Shown here one piece after another: positions 12,202 to 24,100 of a stretch of 64,000 nucleotides of DNA. The stretch covers positions 50,260,788 to 50,324,787 of the forward strand of contig CM120640.1 in NCBI GenBank assembly GCA_051362555.1, written 5' to 3'. The notes beneath the pieces were generated by a model. That model saw only the letters and a list, made by a program, of their open reading frames with translations, was not told the DNA's origin and did not search any database. How positions within the stretch are numbered: the first letter of the stretch is position 1; each line of letters begins with the position of its first letter. The stretch comes from Lingula anatina. Lineage: Eukaryota > Animalia > Brachiopoda. The translations under genes and the position numbers were made by a program.

Positions 12202-12293
12202 GAATTCACTTTTATAACAAAAACACTTGGCTCTATAATATTCAATATATATAATAAAACTCTAAAAATCGGATCTTCCAGCTGAAAAATGTC

Positions 12294-15200
12294 TTAGATA
12301 GTGCTATCTTTATAACGACAATGTCTTCCATTGCGCTTTTCTTTTGAATAGTCACGTAAAGTATTCAGTTTAATTCTCGGAAGCTCTATGGGCCCCAAAT
12401 TGTTTGTTTTAGACATATCCTGCCAGAGTAGACAATTTCTGTCTATATGCGCCACTACATTGGGTCCTATTGTTGGCCTTTGGTCTGATCGCAGGCTCTC
12501 TGACGAATACGTAGATTCACTGTGGTGCTCCACCTTAGAGTCGCTAAAATAAAAATGATAACAAATGTTATATTTGGTACTATAGAGAAAGAAACTAATA
12601 TAAAATATAACAGGTGAATTCGTCTAAAAAATAAAGGTAAAAATACACGTAATCAAATATTATATTGTCCAATACTTTATCGGTGGTAAATTTTTGTTCC
12701 AGTGTCAACAATTTCGGCAGTTGCAGGAGGGGCATACTATCATTGCATTAGCACGCTACATGGATGACACCACAAATCTGCCATATTTTTAATTAGCGAC
12801 TTACCATTTCTTGCCCCTTTTAGAGCAGTTCCACTTGACAGCCACAATCACAATAACGACAGCAAAGACCACTAAAAACCCTACTGAAGCCAACGGTGTC
12901 CTGAAACGCGAGAGGAACGCGATTACAGGGCTCTTGCCCTCGTGGCCGTCTGTTGCTCCCTTCACTTGAACAGTGGTGCTCATTGTGACTTCTGCAGGCT
13001 TCATGCTGTTTCGCCCCTGTTCTTTTTTCGTCGTAGCTGACAAAGGATTCCTTTTAGTAACCTTAAAGTGTAGGTCTACAGTTGAGTCGGGAGAGTGCGG
13101 CTGTTCAATTTTAGTTGGCTCATTGGTTTTAAGTTGGGTTGTTTGGGTTGTTGGTGCTGTGTTATAAACTGCTGTAACCTCTTGTGCTTTCGTGTTCATC
13201 GTGCTTGAACTATATTTTTTGTTTTTACCCCTGGTCGTGTGGGCTTTTATATTCGTGGTGGTGGATTGTAGTGATTTGGGGGAAATTGTTCTCAAATATG
13301 TCGAAAGTCTCGAATTCATTCTATCTGTTGTAGGCCTATAGTAAGATGTGAAAGCTTGCTTTGCAGTTGAAACAGCCGCCGTATGTAAAGGCTTTTGGGG
13401 TGCTTTTGTTGACAGTTTTGGCCACGCTGTTGTTGCTAGCCTTAATTGGGTGGACGAAGGAAAATGCCTCGCCCGTGTGGATATCACTGGCATTGTGACG
13501 AGTTCTTCCGACGGCGTAGTCGGTTTCATAGATTTTTCCGAAGCTTCAAGTGTCACTGACGCAGACATTACAGTGGATGATGTCACTGTTGTTGACGGAT
13601 CACTTGTTTGAGCAATACTGTAATTATCCTCAACCCCTAGTGTTAAACGTGTGGTAGGTTCCCTCACTGCTGCAGTCGTCGACTCAGTTGATCCAGACAT
13701 ATGCTCTGTCTGATTAGTCCTAAAAGATTTTGTTTCTATAATTCTAGCCGTCGTATTTCTAATGGTCGTTCTGGCTGTTGTGAAACTTAATTTAGTTGAA
13801 TTAATGTTCATATTCGAGATAGTTTTTGTGTCTTTGGTCGTTTTTTCCGTTGTATCGGGTGAGATCTCTGTGGTTGACTTTAGTTTAGTTAAGTTTGCCT
13901 TTGTTAAAACTGGTAAGGCAAATGTTGTAGGCCTACCATTTGGTGCGGTTGTTGCTATTTTTGATGATGATGATGTTGTTAGTGCCGGCAATGGCTTGGA
14001 AAAAGGCAAGTACGATGTCTGCATCGGTCTCTGTGGGACTGTATCGAGGTCTTGCGACAGCGTAGTTTGTTCTACAAATTTTGTTGAGATTTTTAATGAC
14101 ATAGTCGGTAGTAGTGTAATTGTTGATGTCTCTGTTTTTGATGGATCAGATGTTTTTGCAGAAGTGAAGATGACTTCATTCCCCATATGTGAACGCGTGG
14201 TAGATTCTTGTAATACCGTGGGCGTTGTCTCAGTGGGATTTGAAATGTGTTCTGGTGCTGTTGTTTTTGATGCTTTAAGCTCCGACGTCGATTTTTCGTC
14301 GATCGTTTTCGAAGTTGTATAATCTAGCACCATTTCAGTAGGTTTGAGTTCTGATGTGGTAAATATTGCTGTTACCTTGTCTCTACTTGCTGGGCTCGTT
14401 GTAGTAGAGCCTGTTTCGTTGCTAACCATCAACGAAGTTGACGTTTCAGCCACTGCACTTATTTCTGGTTGTGCTGTAGAATTCAATTCTACATTTGTGG
14501 TTTTTATGGATTGAGGTAATTCTGTGGAAGACCCTATTTGTAAGTTTTGCGTGTCTGTTGCAGTAGTTTGTTCAGCTTCAGTACTTGTAGCTGTACATGG
14601 TTGTGTTGGCGTATTTGCGGCTTCTGTTGTTGTTTCCAAGGTAGTGGTCATTGGTACGCAATGTTCCCCAGATTCCACGTACCCAGGCTTGCAGGTGAGC
14701 TTTCCTTCTGCAGTACACACATGAAGAAGAGAGGTTGGTTTACACCTACAGCTGGGTCCGTATAGACCTGGATCACAGCTCACGTTAAATTGCACCACCA
14801 ATCTAAACAAATATAGCTCTTGGTTTATAACACTCTAAAACTCCTTGACTGTCAGTACTTAAATTACCAGAAATGTGTAGGCAAATTTAATAGTCGTTAT
14901 GAATTTAAAAAAAAAAAAAAAAAACAGATATGACAATATATTTTGATTAATTATTTCTGACAGTAATTGCAATTATAGGCTATTTAAACTGTCTGTCATA
15001 TGCACAAGGCTCACCTTGTTTGTATTGTTAATCCTTCTAGCGTCACGTTCACAGCATGCCCAGTGGTCAATTTTAAATCATAATCGGAGCTTTCGAATCT
15101 ATCCACAAGGCTATCACTATCTCCAATCGATGATTTTTTATGGGATACCCAAACTTCAACCCGATATCCGCCCTGTAACAGCAATTACTTTACCATCAAG

Positions 15201-16065
15201 ATGATAGGAACACGAATGTACTGATGGTTATAAATATTCATTCATTGACTATATTGAAAAGTGCTCTGCTTTCTACGCACATTTTAAAAAATCTACTCAG
15301 CGATTGAAAAAAATTCAAAATGAAAGCATTACCGTCCATTTAATGAATGGCACCAGAATAGGGTTTGGTTTCATATTGTCATTATCAAGATAATGTCCAA
15401 AATTCACGGTATTTCCCCTGTATACCATGGACGTGGTGGTCTTTGAGCACACCACATCTCCCGCACATCTGAATAGCAATGATATGAACATGAGAATGGT
15501 GATAATTTTAACAACAACAAAAAATCTATTTCACGCATAGGTCCGAGATACTACAGATACTGTAATGAATTTGATGTACTTTGAGAAATTAAATGCGCAC
15601 AAGATACAAAAGTTGAATCAAACCTGGTGTAAGCCATAGTATTCCAAAAGTACCATTCTTAAAACTAATTATACATTCAAACAGATTGCAATGACACACT
15701 TTGATGAAACAATGAAATGTCCCTTACCCACTGAAAACGTTAATCTTTATTTTAAATGCATGCGAACAGTCCTCCTTAAACAAACTTTTGTCACATGGTT
15801 GCCAATTTTTCCTCACCCCTTTCTCGTTCTCATACTCTATCAGTTTTACCGACAGAGTCCCGGATCCTGTTATAACTGATAATGAAACTTCTGGCATCCA
15901 GAGTATCTGGAAATAAGCGACTTTTACACAATTAAAAGGAAAAAACACTATCTGCCCCCATGACAAAGGCCCTGGATTGAAAACCGTGATATACTGACTT
16001 TTGCCACAGTTGATCCTTCTACTGATGGCCTTATTTGTCTGCGTTATGGGGAAATATGGGATAAC

Positions 16066-16155
<90 letters not shown>

Positions 16156-16534
16156 GGACAAGCAAGGAGAAAGATTACAAAATGAATAATCAATGTTAAA
16201 TTTGTTTCCTCTTTTTATTGCCTAAAAATATTGTTAGGTCATCATATACATGTATAACTGCGAAATGAATTGAATAAGAAGAGAAGACAAGTTTCATTGT
16301 TAGGATTTTCAGTTAGTTCCAAGGTCCTGTCTGAATCGCTGACTAGAAATTTTATAGACTGACATATAAGTGGACTACCCAGAAACGAGATGCGCTTTTC
16401 TGATATCAGGCTTTATTTTGTTGGAAAGATCAATTATCATTTAAATAACATACCTCAATCCAAATGACAAGCAGGAAAGTTTTCCTCATCAGATTGGTAA
16501 TTTTCCAGAATTGAGTAGCTTTCTTCGTCGTCAT
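12294..16534 (-). CDS. Notch-ligand-like type I membrane protein: signal peptide, MNNL/C2 domain, DSL-like domain, ~570-aa Ser/Thr mucin stalk, TM helix, cytoplasmic tail
   Basis: Exons 16534 (or 16489)-16454, 15906-15728, 15468-15333, ~15172-15015, 14802-12805 and 12543-12294 all have GT-AG ends with compatible phases. Motifs: SGTLSVKLIEYENEKG..C.....C...FKI, NPILVPFIKWTGGYRVEVWVSH..LVDR, VSCDPGLYGPSCRCKP...CTAEGKLTCKPGY...C. TM is LASVGFLVVFAVVIVIVAV and the protein ends in DSTI. Confidence 0.82.
16065..16155. repeat. Self-complementary compound microsatellite (AAT)n(ATT)n
   Basis: A run of aat repeats switches directly to att repeats in intron 1 of the DSL-mucin gene. Confidence 0.95.
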
Positions 16535-16938
16535 TAAAAACCAGGATGTAAACAGCACGAATGAGCTGCAATGACAATTGCTTTATGTTAATCTTAGTAT
16601 TTGTTTGAATTATCCATGCGACAATGACTGAGTGATGACCGCCATCTGTCTTGGAAAGGAATGGCAGAGACATGTTAATTTTCGAAAGCTATAAAAACTA
16701 ATTGATTTATAGAATCTCTGTTATAGGCCCCGGGCGACCTTGCATGTCGCTGAACAGAGACGGCAGTAATTAAAGTTTAAAACGGCACGCTGCTATCTGC
16801 TAATATTGGCCAACAACAAGTAATATGCTAATACTCGGCTTCTGTAGCCTTGATCCCATTGACCATGGACCATATATCTTGTTACACCGGTTACAGCTAT
16901 TCTCTGCCAGAGGCCTGTTAGTTGCTAACGTGTTACCC

Positions 16939-17096
16939 CACTCCCATACCTAGATCGATCTAGCAGGATTGACAGGAAAAATTTTCGGTATATGGATGAT
17001 AATAAAGGGTTACAATAACCTTAAGCTGAATGTAATTTAGCGAGAAAACCCTCGGAGATGGGTCAATTCTGCTAGATTGATCTTGGAATGGGAATG
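16939..17096. mobile_element. Small MITE-like element with imperfect 35-bp inverted repeats
   Basis: cactcccatacctagatcgatctagcaggattgac (16939-16973) versus the reverse complement of 17062-17096 shows 5 mismatches in 35. Confidence 0.6.
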
Positions 17097-17329
17097 GTGT
17101 CTACTTGTGCAAAAATCTTCGCCAAACGAAAAGAAATGTGCACAGCTAGTGAATAGCCAGTGAAATAAATGTAAATATCTAGTAAAACAGATTTTGTCCA
17201 TGGCCCTGGTGATGGGTGAGCTAAATCATCGTTTTGACAAATGTCAATAGCAAACGTGGATTTTTAGTTTGTATCTTATCTCAAAAGTCGCGAGCAACAA
17301 GAAGCTCTTGGGTCTTCTACATAAAAAAA

Positions 17330-17470
17330 TGGATTCTACAAGGTTCAGTGCTTGGTCCAGTGCTTTTCACATTATATATTGCACCAGTTGAGAACATTGC
17401 TGACAGCTATGGATTCATTATCATATTACGTGTATATGCCAATGGCTCACAAATCTATGTAGTATGTGAT
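17330..17470 (+). mobile_element. Degraded CR1/L2-clade LINE reverse-transcriptase fragment
   Basis: ILQGSVLGPVLFTLYIAP...YANGSQIY resembles the RT consensus GVPQGSVLGP.LF.LY...YADDTQLY, with the catalytic DD lost. Confidence 0.8.
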
Positions 17471-20400
17471 AAGCCAGGGGTTTGTTCGAACTCGACAGGG
17501 TACAAACGACCTTCAAAAAATATATGATGTCAAATTCTTTAGTTCTGTACGGTGACACACAAAAACCATTCACTTTTGCATGCAAATATTCCTCAAATAC
17601 ACAAAAAATTTAAAGAGGAATATATGACATAAAGTGCATAAAGTGAACAAGGTAGGGGTAATTTTCTACACTAAATTCGAGTGCGTTTTAATCATTAACA
17701 GGATATATAACATGAAACAATACTCTAAGATATTTTTCCGCACTGTGCTTTAATACTACATCAATGAAAAGTAAAAACAGTATAATCCATTGGCTTCCTA
17801 AAACTGTGCAAAATGTTTTCCTCAGACAATAGGTCATACAAGTCAATTTTTCTCTCTCACATATGGAAATGCATAGACCATTTTTTACCTTCTGAAAACT
17901 GTTATCCTTTAGCTTCTACTGGCTACGAAATATATACATGTAGTATAACTGCTAGTAGAGATCATAAAATGTCTCCCATTTCATATGTGACATTTTGGCA
18001 AGTGTAGTAAGCCATAATACATTAAGTTTACACCTACGATCCGTCAAACTACTGGTAACAAAATTTGATATTGATGATTCAACACTAGTAACACTAGTAT
18101 AAGGCCAGATATCATTACAAAATTTTAAAAACTTTACATAAATATAAAAGATTATTACCTATTTTCCACACATAACTTCATTTACCTTTTGGGGATACTC
18201 TTCAAATCGGGCGCAAGTGGATCGTACTACACCGCGTTGGAGATATAGCTTCACCCAATCAGTCCCAGTTATACTTATTGATACTTATATATATGGCGGC
18301 ACTTGAAACATTTATTAAGTGACATATAAACCACTTGATAACACTGTTGATATTGTGTGAAGACTTCTTAGTCGGTCTGTATGTTTAGATGATTACGATT
18401 ATCTTAACACAAAGGTAAGTGTTACAATCAAGTGTCTAGCAGAGTAGATGGACACCTGCTGATTGATCACGGGGACAAATAATGGTGCAGTCTGAAATTA
18501 ACTGAGTAAATAAAAAACTTTATTTATCTCAAAATTCCAATGTTTTTGTCTCCTAGTCTCCTATCATATGATCAATTGAATTTTTATATAACGAAGAATT
18601 CGTGCAGAGAGAAGTATTTTTTTTTCTTCTGGAGGTCTGCGCTTTTCAAACAGACAGGCTTTCACTTCATTATCTCGTCCTTGTTATTCCAGCACGACCT
18701 TGATCTTTTCTCCATCACTATTGCTTAACGATATCAATGTCATAAGTACTAACTTACCAACACTGTCGTTCTTTAGTTCTATTGCTTAACATGTTATTAA
18801 CAATAAAATATTGCCTGAAACAGCGAGAACCTATACCAAACAAATTGAATGCGCCTAAATTTCCAGAGTCAACATCTTCGCTAAGTGAAACGAGGCGCTT
18901 TAAGGTGTATACAACTTGTTTTAATCAAAATATTTTTGGCAGATTACCATTTGAGCCCGGTGAAAGAAATGGAAACATACTTAAAATACAAGAAAACTAA
19001 TGCCTGATATAAGCTTTAAGAACAAGATTTTTTATAAAAACGGTGCGTCTCACCATGCTTCAGCGGGGGCTCATATGTTTGACCCAATCTATAATAACCT
19101 GACGGGATGGACAGTAAAAGACTGCAGCCCACCGTCTTACTCTCAGTTTATAAACAAAATAGAGGATTGGCATATATTAGAAAGATATTGAACTGACTTT
19201 GACCAAGATCGTAGATGAACTACGATAAAAGATAAAACCAACAATCCGACTAACATGTTTTCATTCTGATGGCGGCTTCTTTCGAAGCTTTTGAGATAAT
19301 CTGCAAGTTGATACTGGCTATAATACATTGTCAGGTAATGGGGTAGTAGTCAGGCCCTAACTTTCAGCGATTTTGAAATTGGAAGTATTGGCATATCAAT
19401 CTAGATAAACAGTGAGTTTTGACATTGATTATTATTATACTTGTAAGTCCATTACACAAATAAGTAGGCCCGTATAAGTTTTAAATTGATTAAAACCATC
19501 ATTGGTGAAATATAAACAAGGACCGGATATATGAGATCTGTTAAATCGTTTGAATTTATTAAGGTGTGAAAATATGACAGGACACATTAAGTCATAAAAT
19601 GATGTTATCAGTTAAGGCTTTAAACCATACCAATATCTTAAATTTTCTTTCAGGCTGTGTGTTATAAAAGATATTTTAAGGTCTCTCTTTTCACTTTTGG
19701 TATCACAAACTAGATGTCCCTTTCTTACATTTCTTTTACCAAAGCAAACAGCCACAACCTTACTTTTCAGATCAGAATTAAAAGTTCTCAAAGAATCCCT
19801 CCTCTCCCTCAGGGTGGGGAGGTTACCGGCCTGAAGGAACGGTGTGACTTGAACCTGGGTAAATTATTCTCTAAGATCTCTTTTCGAATGAACTCTAAGC
19901 ATTCAAATCATTCAGCTGCAAGACCCTGTCCGCTCACAGGGGAAGCATGTTCTAAAACAACTCTAATTATTGGCTAGTATATTAATGTTATAGATCATAG
20001 GTGGTCAAATTTGACATTTTTAATTTCATAAGAGGCGCAAGTCATAATAGCCTTGAAAAACATCATACTATGAGATGGCTGGTTGATCATTAATCGCGAA
20101 AGGCAATCATTGCCAGATGTTATAGTTTTCAAAGTATTTATACGTAATGTGTAAATAGACGAACCCGTTTTCTTATCTCGCAGAGAATTTTCGTCAACTT
20201 TAATATTAGCTGGCAGAGAATTCGGAGAACTGTTTAACCAAAATTCTCCATGTTCCAAGAAAACAACAAAGAAGCATATATTTGTTCAAAAGTATTTATT
20301 GTTCTCTAAATAAAAAGCTTCCAAAGAATAAATCCTTCCTCAAGATTCTGTAAAGTAAATCTTTGGAAACGCCTTACAGGCATTTTAAAACATTAAGTAC

Positions 20401-21153
20401 ATTTCGTTGGCCTAATCTTTAAAAAAAACTACACACTACTGCAGGTAAAATATTGCACATTCTACTGAAATAAATATCACACTAATATAAAAAAACTATT
20501 TTAGCTAATTACACGCAACTAAAATGTCATTTGATAAAAATGTCATGGAATTTGAATGAAAAATATTTGTACAAAATAACCAAATGATTTTTCTACACAC
20601 TTAAAGATAGATGCAGTTCTTTAAATGAAGCAATGATTAACTATATTAGGAAAGAGTCCATACTGAGTCACCTTTCTTACGCACAAGCTGGTTGTTTGCC
20701 AACTGATTTTCATAAACATCCTTGAACATCTTCTCTTCATAAAATATAATACATTTTAGACAACGCGGACAACAGCGTTGGGATGCTATAGCACCATAAC
20801 CTAAAATACATATTTGGTGGGATTAACAGAATTAGAGGATTTCTTATTTTTCTCTCACATTAAACAGTGTCTTGTTATACAATATAATATAATACTATGG
20901 TACTAGAAACCTTGCTGAGCAGGCATGACATGGCATGATAAATATAACTGGCATAGTGAATTAGAATACTGCAGCTCATTTAAATGCCAGAGTGAAGACA
21001 CCCACTCCGTGAATAAATGAAATATCATAATATATATAAAAGTGTCAGCAATGTTATGTTTATAATGCAAGTATGACACAGATCTTGGTTCCAATATTCC
21101 TATCAGTCTCTAACATCCAGTGTGCCTTATGATTAATGCATCTTCCTGTCCAC

Positions 21154-24100
21154 CTAATCAACAGTGGCCTTCCGTGCCAGAGAGGCCAGGGCAGAAGATG
21201 TGGAGGCCTCAGACGTAAGTGGAGTCAGGTGGATGACATCTTCATCCTCATCTTCATCTTCTCCTGGAAAGTATTTTTACACTGAGTTTTTTTTTTTTGT
21301 GCAAGTACACAATATTTCAAATGATATCAAGACATACCTTTATTATATGCTGTTATCTTATATCAAGCATAACATATAAGTGAAAACCTACTTCAATCAA
21401 TTTTTTATTACCAGTTTCTAATTTAGGGACATTAATAATCAGGTAGAAATAAAGCCTCCTTAGCAGCCTGTTGGGTATAAGATTCCCTTTACTACAATAT
21501 TTATGTGTATGGGACTCATCCAAGAAAAAGAAAGTCTTTGTCTAGCATGAAGTCAAACACTGCCCCCACCCCTCTCCTACTTTACCTGCTGAATTAAACA
21601 TAACCACCTAGTCTCAAAAAAGGACCCTTTTATCAAATCAATATTACACTACATTATAATAGAGCATATCTCACCTCCAGCTGATGTTATAACTTTGTGG
21701 GATGGTGCATAGAGCACCATGAGGCTGAACACATAGATATTCCACATTCCATATACTCCTGAAACATATAAAGCCATACTTCAAACATTGGTCCACTAAC
21801 ATACTTGCATGAGACAAGTGTGATGAAGAAGATTTAGACTAACTGTACATCCCATTGTATTTTTGTTTAAACATCATCAAATCAAAATGACTTACTTTTG
21901 TCATAATGATACACTTTGAAACACCCCGACTATTGCTAGTTTTTATCAGAAAATATTCTGGCATGTAACTTTCTATAACAAACAATCACAATATACAGAT
22001 ACGACAAACCTGATGATAATCACTATGCATTTTTTCATCAATTTCCTTACCTGTGAAGAAAGCACTAGTGTACTCCAGTGAGACTCCCTCATCTCCCCAT
22101 TTCCACTGAGCCTCACTGATTTGACTGATAATAAAGAAAATCACTGTCAAGGCAGCACAAAAAACTGTAACCAGCAAGAGGAAGCGGAATCTGAAGATCA
22201 GGCCCTGGAAACACAAATCATTGTCAATTAAGCTGTATATATTCTGTTAAATAACTACATAAATGAAAACAATGTTAAATTTGAAAAGCCATAACTGAAA
22301 AATCCATGTCATCAAATTTACTGTTTAATCAACTGTAACACCACCTAACAATTCAGCTTTTCACTTGCTGCATATCCCTTGGTCCCTACACTACAATGAT
22401 CATCAATATTTGTTTCTAAAATCTAAATCTTAGCACTTACCTGGTAATATTTCCTTCTGCTGCTACTGAAGTGTAGAAGTGATGTTGACTTTCTTCTCAT
22501 GTTAATAAACACCATGACCAGCATGTACAGCATGAACAAGAAGTAAACACAAGCAGCTATTCCAGCAAGGCAAATGAAAGCAAGCTAAAACATACAGTTA
22601 AGGCACAAATGACAGCTGCCATACAGATCTTTGAAGATTTTATAGATAAATATGACAATACCTCCACAACATCATTTCACCAACATATTAATGGGCATCA
22701 ACACATAAAACTGCATCATTTTGTCAGAGCAATTTCTTTTTTCTGTCTTTATTTTCTTAATGTTTTTTTCACAAAGGATACACCCAACTTAGTTCCCGTG
22801 TCAGTCACCCAGATGCTGTAGAAAGGGTTGGCCAGCTGGACACCTCTAGAATAGAGTGAAGACAAAATGTGAAGAATATTTGGGCAATAATGACTGGGTG
22901 CAGAGTAACCAGAGAAGCTCTGAATCACTTATCATTTCCTCAAATCATGTGTTTGAAACATAAATCATATGTATATTTATAATTGCAAATTTCATTTCCA
23001 AATCAAACATGAAACAGTCATAATTAAGATGGGCTACTACTCTTCTAGAACAAGTAAAATTTTTCTTGATGGCAGTTGTTCTCAATATTTTGTTCTCAAC
23101 AGTCTATCATATATGAAAAAATTTCTGAAGATATTCACTTACTTTTCACACAGTTCAAAGATGAAAAGGCAAATACATCCAAGGATGACAGCACTCAAGT
23201 GCTTCCAGTACATCACCAGCCGGTTCCTCTCATAGTCATCCTAGGTAATATAGATATATTTCTTCTTACTTAGAGAACCACAAGCCTCAACAGCACCCTC
23301 TATTTATTACAGAGAAAGATTTGAACATATTTTACCAATGTCAAGATTTTTAAAAGGTTGAGATCAAGAGAACTTTTTGACATTAGGACAGAAATCAATA
23401 GCAAAATTGTGTGAAAGAGTTTGTTGATAACAGACGTAAGGAAATTGCTTTCACCAGACATAATTCTGAACACATACCCATACTTCCCTCTAGCATATTT
23501 TGAAGAAAAAATTGAAAATATTAAAAAGAAAAGGTTTAATGTTTAAATATAGAGATCGCTGCAACACAACAACACATCAGAAAAATCTTTAAAAAAATTA
23601 TGCCAATGATATCGATATAAACATTGTTATTAAGTAAATGGAAGTATAGATCTGCATGCAGGTGATGTGAGGAGAGGTCTTACCAGCATGTGCTCTCCTA
23701 GGAAGATGATCCAGAATGCCATAAGAACAGAGTAGAAGATACCCTGTCTGATGTCTGACAGCAAAGACATAAAGGGGATGTTGAATGCCAAGGTCAACCA
23801 CTCAATAGGGACTGAAAGTAATAGATCAAATATATTACAAGGCATTCAGGCTACAAAACTGCACAATTATGCACTGCATAATATTGTCTAAACTTAAAAG
23901 TTGTCCTTTTTCTATTTAGGAGCATCGAAACATTTTAGTGACTATCATGCTTACATGAAGTTGTGGACTGTAATCAGATCTCTTAATGTAAAAGGAACAA
24001 AACTTTCAAAAACAACATTAAAACGGCATAATAAGAACACATACTTAAGTTAAAGAATGATAATAAATAATTCCATTACAAAGGATGCAGTGCATGTCCA

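Noticed and set aside
12973-14765. Val-rich + strand ORFs
   Set aside because: Antisense shadows of the Thr-rich mucin exon.
15724-16161. ORF with poly-Ile/poly-Tyr N-terminus
   Set aside because: Microsatellite translation; only 15906-15728 is a real exon.
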